A stretch of DNA of 64,000 nucleotides from Antedon mediterranea (Eukaryota > Animalia > Echinodermata): NCBI RefSeq assembly GCF_964355755.1, contig NC_092670.1:37684388-37748387 (forward strand), written 5' to 3'. The notes under the pieces were generated by a model that had not been told where the DNA came from, did no database searches, and saw only the letters and a program-made list of their open reading frames with translations. The position numbers and the translations under genes were made by a program. Position 1 is the first letter of the stretch; every line of letters starts with the position of its first letter. Below are positions 35,366 to 47,900 of the stretch, piece by piece.

Positions 35366-35966
35366 TAAGGCCCATTTACACTAGGACGATAACGATCGAC
35401 GATAAATAAGCATGCATTTAAAGAAAAAAAAAGAAATTAGAAAGGTTTTAATTCTAGAACTATATGATAATCATTGATGCTTTCTTTGATCAAAATAATT
35501 TGTTTTTAAATTCCAATCAAATGACATCATGATAAATAAAAATGATAAAATCGTTGTATTGTCACGATATTATTGCTCTTATGCGTGGTTCCCACCAGCG
35601 ACGCAACGCAAGGACGTAACGCAACGCAAGTGAATTGACCAATCACAAGCGATGACTTATTCGCTTGTGATTGCTAACTGTCTATAACTTCGCTTGTCAT
35701 TGGTTAAAACGCTTGCGTTGCGTTTACGTCCTTGCGTTACGTTCTAGTGGGAACCAAGCTTTACTAATCATGACGTCATTTGATTAGACGTATGAAAATA
35801 TCATTTTCATCAAAGGAAGCATAGAAGGTTATTCTATAGTTCAAGAATGAAAAGTTTTTGTATTTCTTTTGTTTTATGTATGAACAATGCATATTTATCT
35901 ATTTATCGTTGATAGTTATCGAAAATAACATTTTCCTATTATCGTCGATCGTTAAATGGGCTTTAA
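35366..35966. mobile_element. Harbinger-like element with a nested MITE (35582-35762)
   Basis: ggcccatttacac...aacgatcgacgataa / ttatcgtcgatcgttaaatgggc. Confidence 0.6.
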
Positions 35967-36879
35967 GCGCAAAGCAAACGAGTTGACCAATACAAAGCGA
36001 AAGTTCGGATAATATCCATTGCTTGTGGTTGGTCAAATTATACTTGCGTTGCGCTTGCGTTGCGCGTGGCCCTGTGGGAGCGAATGTTAAGTTTGGTTCC
36101 AAATTGAATAAAAACTATACAAACATGTATCTAACAGTACTTTAGTTCATTCCATGTTGTGATGTTGAAAAGACATGAACTCTAATGTAATTAACATGCT
36201 TTTGTTTATAAATAAGGCCTTCCATGTATTCATGTAATTTGTCTATATTTGTTTCCATATTTGTATAACATACATTTTCCCATTTTGTTCATTTTGTATA
36301 TTCATTTTCTACATGACGTAATTGCTGCTCCTGTTGACCAGGAGGGTAAGATAGAAAGGACTATTTACACGTTTATTACTATTACTATTTACACGTTTTA
36401 AGCTTTGTTTTATGTACTGTTTTATGTACTGTTGTATCAACAGTGTTCAGAAAAAGATATTATAGTATAACAATCTGTACTCTAATGTTCTCAGTCAGGG
36501 GTAAAATGGCAAGAGGCTTGGAGTATATAAATTAAACGTTATCAGACAGTATATATTGTTTTGTAAACATGACCAATGCTGATGATTTTGCCATTTCCCC
36601 TAACTGTCATGATTCATTTTGAGATATAGTTTATTTTTTTTACACAGAATCAATTCAATTTGTAATAACATTTTGTAGAAATTTTATATCTGAGCTTATC
36701 GAGATAAAATATAAGTATTTGTGTGTAGATCATTTTTAAACTCTTGATGTATTATTAGGACTATATATATTACAGATTTTTAAAAATCATTATTTTATAA
36801 TTATTATATATACATTATATTTAATAAATTAATAATAAAAAAGACTAAGAATGAATATTTCTGATTCGTTGTTTCTTTT

Positions 36880-38520
36880 CCTGGAAAATTACCCCATAGG
36901 ACAATTGTTACCTAGGACAACTAAACCCTTTGGAAAACTACCCCCCTAGGACAACTCCACTAGGACACCTACCCTCTAGGACAACTACCCCCTAGTACAA
37001 CTACTACCTAGGACAACTACCCTCTAGGACAACTCCACTACGACAACTACCCTCTAGGACAACTATCTCCTAGTAAAACTATCCCTCTAGTACTTTTGCC
37101 TTTTTCCTAATAATAAATCACATTACACTTTGATCTAGCTAAACTGAAAACAAATTATTAATTATTATATAACACCTAAATAAATTCCTGTCATTTGATT
37201 GGACGATTGTGGGTCACATGGCGTGCAATAGTACGCACTATTAAACGATCGTTTAATTATTATTATTTTTAATATGCGTATTCGTCAGTATGACATAAAC
37301 GAATATCGATAACGCTCCAAATTATCTTAAAACATATTCCAATTTTGAAAATATAAAAAGGGTGGGCTTATTTTATTCTTGCGTGACATGAAGATGCCAT
37401 ATAGAAATCTAGGAACATATAGTTTTCCTAACTGCACCAGTCAATCGAAAATTATATAAAATAATATTTTGTGATCAGTCCCTTACTATCGATAAAATTG
37501 GCCCGCTTTTTGTTCTCTCTTTTCTGTTCCAAAACAAATGTTTTACCGTAAGAGATTATGTCATGCTATTTAATTACATTATACGTTTACTGCAAGTCCG
37601 GTAATATGGAATATTGGTTTGGCTGCAAATACTGGTACTTCATATAGAGAAACTTTTAAAATGTTCTCCCCACCCAACAGGACGTGTTTACGACCTAAAG
37701 AATAATTATACCGATGATGTGTTTATGTTTAACTTGAACATTTCTGCTTATTTTATTTTCCAATTCGTATTCTAAAGCAAAGAACATCCTAATTTTACTT
37801 TAGATTTTTAAAAAAGCCTACAATATTAATTCATTAATTCCATTAGACGATTAGAAAATCAATTTTTTTTTCTCAAATTCGACATGGTTCACAAATATCT
37901 ATATGCCTATTATGGAAACATGCCAAATGAAGAAATAATTTTCGGGTTATGTCATACATAGGCCTACATGGTTTGTCCTGAAATGTTTAAAAAAAATATC
38001 GCTACAGTTGTTACAGAACAGACTACAAATCTTAGGTACATCCGTCGATATAAGAATATGCTAATAATTTCACGTCAAATATTGTAAAATGTATGTGGTA
38101 TACACCGCCCATATGTAGTCACATCCTCACACACAATTTGATTTACAATTGGCACTAAAAGAAGCAGCTTGTTAATTGGTTGCCAATCGTAGTTGTCCTG
38201 GGGATAATATGTCTTAAGTTGTCCTAAGGGGGGTTGTACTATGGGGTAATTGTCCTAGGGGCTAGTTGTCCGGGTGGTACTTGTACAGGGGGTAGTTGTC
38301 CGGGTGATACTTGTCCTAGGGGCAAGTTGTCCGGGTGGTACTTGTCCAGGGGGTAGTTGTCCGGGTGATACTTGTCCAGGAGGTAGTTGTCCGGGTGATA
38401 CTTGTCCAGGGGGTAGTTGTCCGGGTGATACTTGTCCAGGGGGTAGTTGTCCGGGTGATACTTGTCCAGGGGGTAGTTGTCCGGGTGATACTTGTCCTAG
38501 GGGCTAGTTGTCCAGATACG
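36880..38520. mobile_element. Foldback-like element with inverted arrays of ggacaactaccccc subrepeats
   Basis: Array at 36895-37092 and its reverse complement (gggggtagttgtcc, 30-bp period) at 38190-38515. Confidence 0.6.
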
Positions 38521-39173
38521 GTATCATAGACTATAATCTAACTTTTCATCTAACTTTACATGAATATTGAATAATGTTACCATGGAGGTATGGTATTAAC
38601 AATTTCATTTGTATCATGTGGTGCAGTGCGTCTATAAACAAATATGTGCCTCCATAAACAAATATATTACTAATCTAAAGGCAATTACTGAAAAAATGAC
38701 AATGCTGTGGGCATCAGTGGCTGGATCTCAAAGGAGATGCAAAATAAAATAAGCAAAAAGCTTAATCAAAACGATACTATTGCTATAATATAATACTGTG
38801 CAAATATTGTAGTTATGTGAAGGTAGCACTGAGAATCGGGTACGCTAAAAACATTGTATTTTACCATATTTACTGTGTTAGTGCGCTGTATTTACTGCGG
38901 ATGCCTACTTTTTATAGTTTTGAATGTGACCAGCTCTATCGCCATAACATATAATTACTGTAGCCAATAAATGCATTTTATTTCGCTATTTTCGGTCATG
39001 TCCCACTATGGCAAGCCAAGTCCGCCAAATTGTCAGCTTAAAGATATTATTCCCCAGAACATGAAAAATGAAATCAGACTTAATGAATTATTTATTAATA
39101 AATAGGCCATGTTGAAGTTTTAATAAAAAACGCACACTTAAAAAGACAAAAGAAACGGTTAAATGCAACATTG

Positions 39174-40047
39174 TTAAATGAGCAGTTGTCTATAAATATC
39201 GACCTAAAGGTGGCCAAGTCAAAAAATAGATTTTCTTTAAAATTTGCACAATGAAAGAGGTTTGGTTGAAACATGCACAGATAAAATTATTTTTGATATC
39301 TGTATCTTGTTGCCATAGTAACGGCCATTTTAAAAATTACAGCATTTTCTTGTAATTGTTCCTATTATTTCACTGTCAAATAAGGTAAATGTTGATTTCA
39401 ATAACTCTTACACGGATGGTTGAAATTTAATTTAACTTTTAATACAAGATGATGAAAGATTTATAAACTAAGCTGAAAGCAAAAAAATTGTTTGTCGGGA
39501 ATGGACCGTACCATTTATTTTCAATAGGGGTGTTTTTACTTGTGGTAAAAAATCCAATTTTCATATAGATACCCAAAAATGTACTTAGTGTAGACCTCTC
39601 ATATCCCATGTACTGTATTTTGTTGCTTGTAGCCCGTTTTTCCCTTCACTACTTCAATGCTCAAACTTGTGGCCATGTCAAGAACTTAATCACAAGATGT
39701 TGAGGTGTCTCTTGATCTTTCCCTTGCCAACAGAATAGACCACTTTCATTAGTCTAGTGTGCAAGTCTATCAAACAACTTGATAGCATTGGTCTGTGTCC
39801 CTTCTTTGAAACTAAATTAGTTAATTTGAATTTTAAGGATAATGTTTGTATGTGTTTAACACATTATTTTTAAAAAAAATCACACACCTGTTACCATGGC
39901 AACCATTTATTTTTTTTCAAAAATATTTCAGTTTTGTTATATTAACCTACAGTGTGATTAATTACCAAAGTATGAAGAAAATCCATTTTTTGGCATTTGG
40001 CCACTTTTTAATGAAATAGGTCGATATTTGTAGTCAACCGCTCTTAA
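39174..40047. mobile_element. TTAA-flanked TIR element (Kolobok-like)
   Basis: gagcagttgtctataaatatcgaccta / taggtcgatatttgtagtcaaccgctc. Confidence 0.65.
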
Positions 40048-40059
40048 GAATGGAGAATC

Positions 40060-41857
40060 TGTTAAATATAGGAAACAGCAATCTATGCAATCAAGCCTGG
40101 ACGATGTGACTAATTGGTGCCAAGTTAGCAATATGATCCCCAATCCCAAGAAATGCAGTATAATGAGGATTAATTTGTTGTTAAGGGAGTTACCGCCTTC
40201 TAGCTTCTCTCTTAAGCTCGAGTCCCACGATCGGGTTTTTTCTTCAGTCTTCCAAAGGGACACTGTATTGATTGATGGAAAGTGCCTGTTTCCAGTCACC
40301 TTTAGGGTCAAATCTATTATTTTAACTGCTCCCTTGTGTATAAAAGAGAGAAAATAGTGACTTATAAGTTTTAGTGCATGTCCTATTATTAACGAAACTG
40401 ACACCAGTTTTTTACACCAATAGCCAATCAGATGGGCAGGAATTTGGCTTGGTAGGGATCAACATCTGAATATTGTAGCAGAGAGATATAATATAGTTTT
40501 TGATTATAGATACCTGAAATAACTTTAGTTAGGAGTTGAATGGAATACAAAGATTATAAAGTGTTATTAAAAGTCATAATATATTATATATTTATATATA
40601 ATTATAGATAAAATTATTATATTTTTCTATGTCTTCTACTTCCAGTTCCTTTATTAAATCATGGTATGCTCCATGGGATTTTTGCCGCTGTATCCATGTT
40701 TTCACCCACACACTGCGTTTCTTTTGCAATCGTTTTTTCTTCTGCTTGCGTTTATTTAGTTCTCTTACCATATACAAAATTATCAAAACTTTCGAAAGTA
40801 ACACTAAATCCATTTTGATTTGTATTAAGAATACAATATCACAATTGAATTCTAAATGATAAATAGAACAGCAAAGCAGAGAGCAGAGAAAGTATTTACA
40901 CAATGGTTGACAAGGTCAATCCTTGAATACCTACAATATACAAAGATTGTCCCTAAATTGCAAGCTTATGACATTCTATTCAAAAAGTAGGTCATTAGTG
41001 ACCAAGTGAAGAAATGACTGTGGGATTGCAACACTCTTCTCCTGACGTCCTATCAATCAATACAAGTCCCTTTGGAAGACGGAAGAAAAAACCCGATCGT
41101 GGGACTCGAGCTTTAGTTGCACTGAACTTCAGGTTGTGAAGCATATTAAGCTATTAGGAGTTTTGATCCAAGACGACTTGAGGTGGAATTCACATGTTAA
41201 CGAAACGAAATAATTACAAAGGCTTCCCGTAGGTTATATACACTCTGTATTTTACGTAGGGCTAATGCCCCCGTTGACGATATGAAATGTATTTATTTGA
41301 GTTAAATTCGCCCTATATTGTACGCCTGCCCTGTATGGCATGGTGCCATTACACAACTTCATACCCAACTTATTGAAAGGGTTTAAAAAAGGGCCTAAAA
41401 ATTATTCTTGGCCTCACATTACAATTCATATAAATTAGCTTTAGGCCTAGAATTTTTTAATTTACCTTTGCTAAAAGTCAGGCGTGATAATCTAGTACTG
41501 ACTTTTGGCAAGAAGCTGTCGAACTCGGACAAGTTCAGTTATTTGCTCCCCCTATCCGTAGTTCCTCGTGTGCTCCGAAGAAATGACAAGGTCAAATATC
41601 AACAATACACACCGAGAACCGAAAGATTTAAAAATTCACCCATCCCTACAATAATTGATATGCTAAACATAGTTCATAGAGCCAAAGAGACAGAGCAATG
41701 TTGTTGTACCTTTTATTTCATTTTATTACATCCTTTTTATTGTTATATAAGTAAATTGTACAGTAATTTTGTAAATGGAACGTTTTTTCGTTTTTAGCCC
41801 TGTGGCTACTTGTTGTAAGTTTTATACCCGAATAAATAAATAAATTTAAAAAAAAAA
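40060..41857 (+). mobile_element. 5'-truncated LINE (CR1/L2 group) RT C-terminus, interrupted by a Harbinger element
   Basis: MQSSLDDVTNWC..NMIPNPKKC, KLLGVLIQDDLRWNSHV, KASRRLY, IRPILYACPVWH, RTERFKNSPIP; aataaataaa/A tail at ~41831-41857. Confidence 0.85.
40215..41112 (-). mobile_element. Internally deleted PIF/Harbinger transposon
   Basis: About 47-bp TIRs (agctcgagtcccacgatcgggttttttcttc), TTA TSDs at 40212-40214 and 41113-41115, Harbinger transposase N-terminus RSVWVKTWIQR..HGAYHDLIKELEVED on the minus strand. Confidence 0.9.
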
Positions 41858-41975
41858 CAAAGTGCCGCAAGACTTGTTGACTTTATTTTAAGATAGGCCT
41901 AAATCATTTTCAATTATGTTACATTAAAATGGCATATTGCCACAAACAAAAATGAAAAAAAAATGTCAGGAGGAC

Positions 41976-42410
41976 AATTCATTCATTCATTCAATCTTTT
42001 ATTTCGGAATCTGCTTATAATAGTTGAGACTAAAACATTTTCGCTTGCATTTAGTCTACCCATCAGGCCATATATTGATTTTCTTAACAATTCATAAAAA
42101 GAAGGAATTCTACATTCCGTAAACATAAGGCTGGCACTGCAATGTCGAGGCCTTTGCAACAACATTCTTAAACCATTATTATAGCATACATGGAGAGATC
42201 GCAAGGTACCCTGATTATAGTTGCACCATAATGTAGCACAATACATATTTACACAATACGTTCTAAATAAAACACATTTCACATTGATAGAACACATACT
42301 AAATTTTCTGACCAAGGAGTTGGCTCGGACACACAAAGATAGATCTGTATTGCCGCTTTATATCGAACTCATCACATACATCCAAGGAGATAACATGACC
42401 AAGATATGTG
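41976..42410 (-). mobile_element. LINE 3' fragment (L2/Crack-like) with (TGAA)n tail
   Basis: YLGHVI..D..DIKRQYR..CVRANSLVRKFSMCSINVKCVLFRTYC..YCATLW. Confidence 0.8.
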
Positions 42411-43705
42411 GTTGAGTCATTGTTGTACTGTCGCTCACCCGGATACAACAAACACAGTCATGACTCCATTATTGTGTCAGATAATCTGTGACCTTGAAAC
42501 ATATCCCATCCAATATGTAGGGCTGAGCAAGGGCGTGTTCGCAAAAGGTACACATCATATTAAGCAAGCTTCTCCCAGGGTCGGTCCAGTTACTTGTTCA
42601 TAACTAATTTCATAGAAACTGAAACCTATGGATGATTGCTCAGGAATGTTTTTAAAGCCTCCGCAATGACACGCATATTGAGTCAAATCCAAAACCGTAT
42701 TCGTGTGGGTAAAGGTCTACAAACTTGATGAATGTGATAGGCCTAATTCCGGGATCTGCTGCCACACAGGCTGCAGGTGTTATACCATTCGTGTGAATGA
42801 TGTGTTGTCCCATGAGAACAATGATACATTCATTATATTAAATGTATGAAAGAAATCTTCGTCTAAACCATGGACAAAATAGTTTGTACATGTTTAAACA
42901 TGGTACCTCTTATCCCAATGTACACAGACAAGCAGTAACGGTAAGCGATACAATATAGAATCTATGTTCTTTCTTATGACAATTTTACACAAAACTCGGA
43001 ACGGACGACGGGCCTGAGCGGAAACCCATTCAGGATTGATACGTATTATTTGTGGGACAAGTTCGCAGTTTTTCCGCCCGTACCGTGACAGCTCGCCTGT
43101 GTAATTTAACCAATATATAATAGGCATTACAGGATTTCCTACAATCACAACATTTTATTCACCTAGTGTGGATCACCTGACTAATGTCAGCCGGGCTAAT
43201 CCGCCTGTCGTCCGTCCCGCGTTTTGTATAAAACGGTCATAAGAAATAACATAGATTCTATCGTGTTATTCCAAAAAATGTAGGCGTATATTGTTTGTTT
43301 GTGGATTTATGAAAATGTAGGATTTGTATTAAAGAATGTTTTGATGTCGTCCAAAGCATGAAATCAAGATTTAAAAAAAAAAATTAAATTACAGGCCATT
43401 TTGTGGTTTTAATATTTATTCACTTTTGAATAGGCCGATTAAACCAAAACCAAACATTGACTTCCAACCATTAGGGCTTCCGGTTGACTTGTTCCCATCA
43501 AATTACGAATTTTTGGTGAAAGTGAAAATTATATGTCCAGGAGGCGATATTTCTTTTTGTACATAAGTTGGGGACCCTTTATGAAACGTCACAAGCATGA
43601 ATATTCATTAATCATATCCATACAAAAACAGTAATGAAGACTTTTAGTTTTTTTTCCACGATCTTACCATTGTTCCCAACAGCTTACATGGTACCGCCAG
43701 ACAAA

Positions 43706-43940
43706 AAGGTAAAGGTGAGTCCCGTGTTCTCTGAACGTAGGGGAATGAGCTGTTAGAAGCTCATTGTACTAAGCCTCGGCATTATGTGGTAGGGTGGCCA
43801 GTTCCTTTCCACGCCGCCTTTTTTCTCCCTAGTATTTTCAACCAGGTACTCACTTTACAGCTGAGTGAACTGGGAGTTGTCGGGTATTGAACCCGGGTCT
43901 ATCTGTACGACAGTCAAGTGTCCTAACCACTCGGCTATCC
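43706..43940 (-). mobile_element. tRNA-derived SINE with Deu/Nin-like central domain
   Basis: Minus strand: A box TAGCCGAGTGG, B box GGTTCAATACC, then CCCAGTTCACTCAGCTGTAAAGTGAGTACC and a (TTTACC) tail. Confidence 0.75.
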
Positions 43941-44700
43941 AAATCCAACTCCGCCAGACAACAGGCCTCAAATCGGGTTATTGTGTGGTGAAGTAGATAG
44001 AAAGAATTAGAATACAGAATTCATTGTCCGTTGGGTGGATGATCGACAAGAAAGACACTTTTTTATTTCTAAATCACCAAAATTTACAGTTTTCAATATT
44101 TCAAATTTAAAATTTAAAGTGTGAACAGTAGCTTGTATTGTTATGTGAAATAATTTTCCACAGAACATAATTTTTCAGTAGAAAGCAAAACGACAGATTG
44201 ATAGTGTGTGGATTAAACTCTGTACACACTCTATCAATATGTGACAAAATGTGATGTGCCCATGGACACGGTGATGTCGTATTGCTACCATATTATTATT
44301 ATGATTATGATATACATATTATCATATGATTATGATTTACTGTATTATATCTCTAAAAAATATATATATATATTTATATATCAAATATCAGAAATTATAA
44401 TGTTTTACTCAAATATGAAAGTTTCGATTTGGAATATGAACTGTAGGCCTACTTATTTAGGGCTAATCTGATTGGTAACAATATTGTAGTTTGTATATAT
44501 ATTGTTATTGCTTTCAAATCACTTAACTACAATTGATGCTGAGAATCTGAAAATGTACCTCTTTGATTAACGAATTCGTTTATGAAATTGATATATACAT
44601 GTTTCCAATTCGAATAAACCGTGAGTTATTGCAAATGATCCACCATATGAGGTCTACAACATAAGGTTGTGGTCCACAACATGAGGTCCAGTGATTGTTG

Positions 44701-44708
44701 TATAAAAG
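44701..44708 (+). promoter_or_regulatory. Candidate TATA box of the ZP gene
   Basis: TATAAAAG 87 nt upstream of the ATG at 44788. Confidence 0.45.
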
Positions 44709-44787
44709 CAACGTACGTTTGTTTCTATATAGACACGATCTCGAACCGTTTTGTAAAGATTTTGATAACATTCTGTCTAAAAAAGCA

Positions 44788-44919
44788 ATGTCTATTACTC
44801 GATCTAAGATAGGCATTATGGCACTTTTATTGATTGCGATGATGTTTAGTACAGTAATAGCGTCTCATTATCGTGGTGGCTCTTTAAGATGGGCAGTATC
44901 TCCAGCCGATCCAAGTAAG
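44788..44919 (+). CDS. ZP gene exon 1 (signal peptide, SHYRGGSLRW)
   Basis: AAG|gtaaga donor. Confidence 0.85.
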
Positions 44920-47900
44920 GTAAGACAAGTTAGTTAAGTTACTAATGCCAACAAATCATCCACCCCACACCCCTCCGCCTACCAAAGCTTATGCTGTTAC
45001 CCAATGTTTGCTGCTAGATGGAGGATGTTACTGTGTTTGTATGAAAATCTAAATGTGTACGGCTGCGTTAAATCTATTGTTGTTTGCGTTTAATTGTACT
45101 TCAGATTATTTTTAATAAATATACCATTATGTATGAATGAATGAATTGAATTGGATTGAAGTTATTAAACATTCATCGTTTTATAAAGTTGATCGTTTCA
45201 TGGAGGGTCTCTTGGAGACGGTCCTATGAACCGGCTTCTGGGTTTAAATGTGAACGACCCGGGCAGGAGCTAAACGGAGAAGGGTGTCTACTGTGCAAAA
45301 CCTGCGTGAATGAGACTGTAATATATGCGGAGCCGCTGAAATTCAACTGCACGGACTTCAGTGACGAAGGAGAGGCGACGGACGAAGATTGGACAACCGG
45401 CATAGGAAGTTATGAATATGCATATGAGCGTAACAAGTTCAATCTTACGTAAGTATTGTATACCTTTCTACGGAAGCTTCTTAGTGCCAATCACTTTACC
45501 TTGAAGCTTCCGTACTTTTCCTTTTTTTTCTTTTGAGTATTTTTATTCATTTTTTTTATATTTCAAAACATATACAAAACAAGATAACAGAAAATAAAAA
45601 TCAATTTGAAAAAAAAACATAAACAATCGCATACAAATTATATTGCCAGTGATGATTGTTGAAGTTTCGTCACACATTAGACATTTGGAAACAAAAGAAA
45701 AGCAGTATATAAATAATTAAAAAAGTATTTGTATATAATTAAAGCAGTTCTAGTTATTTATGGATATTTTGTTGAAAAAATAATTTAGATAGAAATATTA
45801 ACATTTATTTATAACCATACTGTAATGCTCAAATCTTTGTGACCAATATTTTAATAAATAAATAAATAAATAAATAATTCATTTTCCATATCTTATCATT
45901 GTTTTTTTATCGCAGTCACGAGTGGAGGAAAACAACATGCAGCTATAAACACGTGTAACTACGTGTTTAAAAGCTAAACATGTGGGAAAAGTGGGTACAA
46001 GATCTAAACACTATGTTTACAGTGTAAATTAAATGTATCAAATATATTTAATAACAGTGATTGTTTTATTGATCAGAAAAAAAAAAACATTTCTAATAAT
46101 TATAGATTTCAGTTTTTGTCGCGCACACACATGGGCAGCAATTGGATTCGGCTGGAGAACTATGGACAAGCCAACTATTATAAGATGGTTAGTTCTGTTG
46201 ACTTAGACGTTCGAAACGGAACGAACTCGTCGCCTGCAACCACTATGCTACCAATCATTCGGGTACAAGCCGGTTGCACAAGCAAAATAAGAATACCAAG
46301 TAAGTCCTGACAGAAATAGTTTTATTTCGATCTTTGGCTTTAAAAATGTGTTTTTTTATTTCGCTGCATAGCAATTAGTAATTAGGTTATATGCATTATC
46401 ATGCAATATAACCTTAATGATTTTTTCACAATCTTTAGACGTAATTAATTATTATTTAATGTTATAGCTTTAGACGCTGATAAAGACGTAGTGCGGTGTC
46501 GATGGGCCGTGAAAAACTCCAATGAATGTCCAGAAAAAGCAGACGTCAGTCATACCCAAGTGTGTGGGCCTATCACATCAGATTCACTGATCGATGAAGT
46601 AAGCCATGGTTCCCGATCGATGATCAGTGACCAGTGATCAGCAAAAAGGATATAGAAATAATAATGACGATGATTAAAAATTATACCATATGATGATGAT
46701 GAAGAAGACGATGATGATGATAATGATGATTATCATGATGATGATGAAGATGATGAAGAAAAAAGAAGAATGATGATGATGATGATGATGATGATGAGGA
46801 TGATGATGATAATGATGATGATGATGACGACAACGACGACGACGACGACGATGATGATGATATATGATGATGACGGTCGACGACGTTGGTGATGGTAGCA
46901 AAGACTATACGATACCAATAATGATGATGTCAATGTTGATGATAATTATTATGATGATGATGACTGTGATAACAAGATGAAGAAAACAATTTTGATTTTC
47001 TTTAGAATCGATGCGAAATAACATTTTCGTCGGCTGGTAAATCTCCCGGATGGTATGGGGTTTCTGTTATGATCGAAGATTTTGCCAACAAAACTTCAAC
47101 AATACCATTAAGCATGATACCTCTACAGTTCCTTATATATGTTTACCCATTAGGTAATTCCACCTATTTTTATTCGGTAAAGGTTGAATAAAATGACACA
47201 TTTGTATAGTGTTTGGAAAGTTTTATTTTAAAATTGAGTAGCAAAGTTGCTGATAAACTAATATTATAACAAACTTCATCAAGCGTGGTTCCCACTAAAA
47301 CGCAACCCAAAGTGCTGTATTGCGTAATCAAAAGTGTGGAACGACGACGCAATAGTGCTGCTAACATTTGATTTCACGCATGCGGGGACGAACGCAACGA
47401 TTGGAAGGGTTGAGTAGAATGCGTTACGTTGCGTCGCTAGTGGGAACCAAGCTTTAACCATCATGCAAATCCATGAATTAACGAAATCAATACATTTTCT
47501 TTCTCTTTAGAACTGCCTTGTCGGCAAATACAGGTCAGTTCGCCATTGTGTGAAGTGATTCAGACGAACGAACTATACACTGCTAGAATCGAAGCATTCA
47601 GTGAAACAGCTGGTGTCAGGTTAGTATGACAACAATTGAAAATATTTATTTCTTTAACGACCCCTTTAAGGATATGAGGCGGAGCATATGGGTCAGCTAC
47701 CGTACATCTAAATAAACACAATGTTTTTATAAATAAATGAATCGATCAATGATATCAATTGCGTACTTGATAGAAGTTGTGACCAAAAAATAGTGCTGAT
47801 AGAAAAGACACATCTGTGTTTACAGTTAAGCATTTTATGAACAAATTGATGTTAAAAGATGCATGGAGAATTACAAATCAATTTACTTGGCGTAGAAAAC

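Noticed and set aside
38274-38529. Cys-Pro-Gly repeat ORF (metallothionein- or keratin-like)
   Set aside because: It is the subterminal array of a foldback-like element, with no splice or start context.
42410-42830. Coding-like composition next to the LINE fragment
   Set aside because: The frames I translated contain stops and no recognisable motif; it cannot be assigned.
46674-46933. Poly-His and poly-Ile ORFs
   Set aside because: (GAT)n microsatellite.
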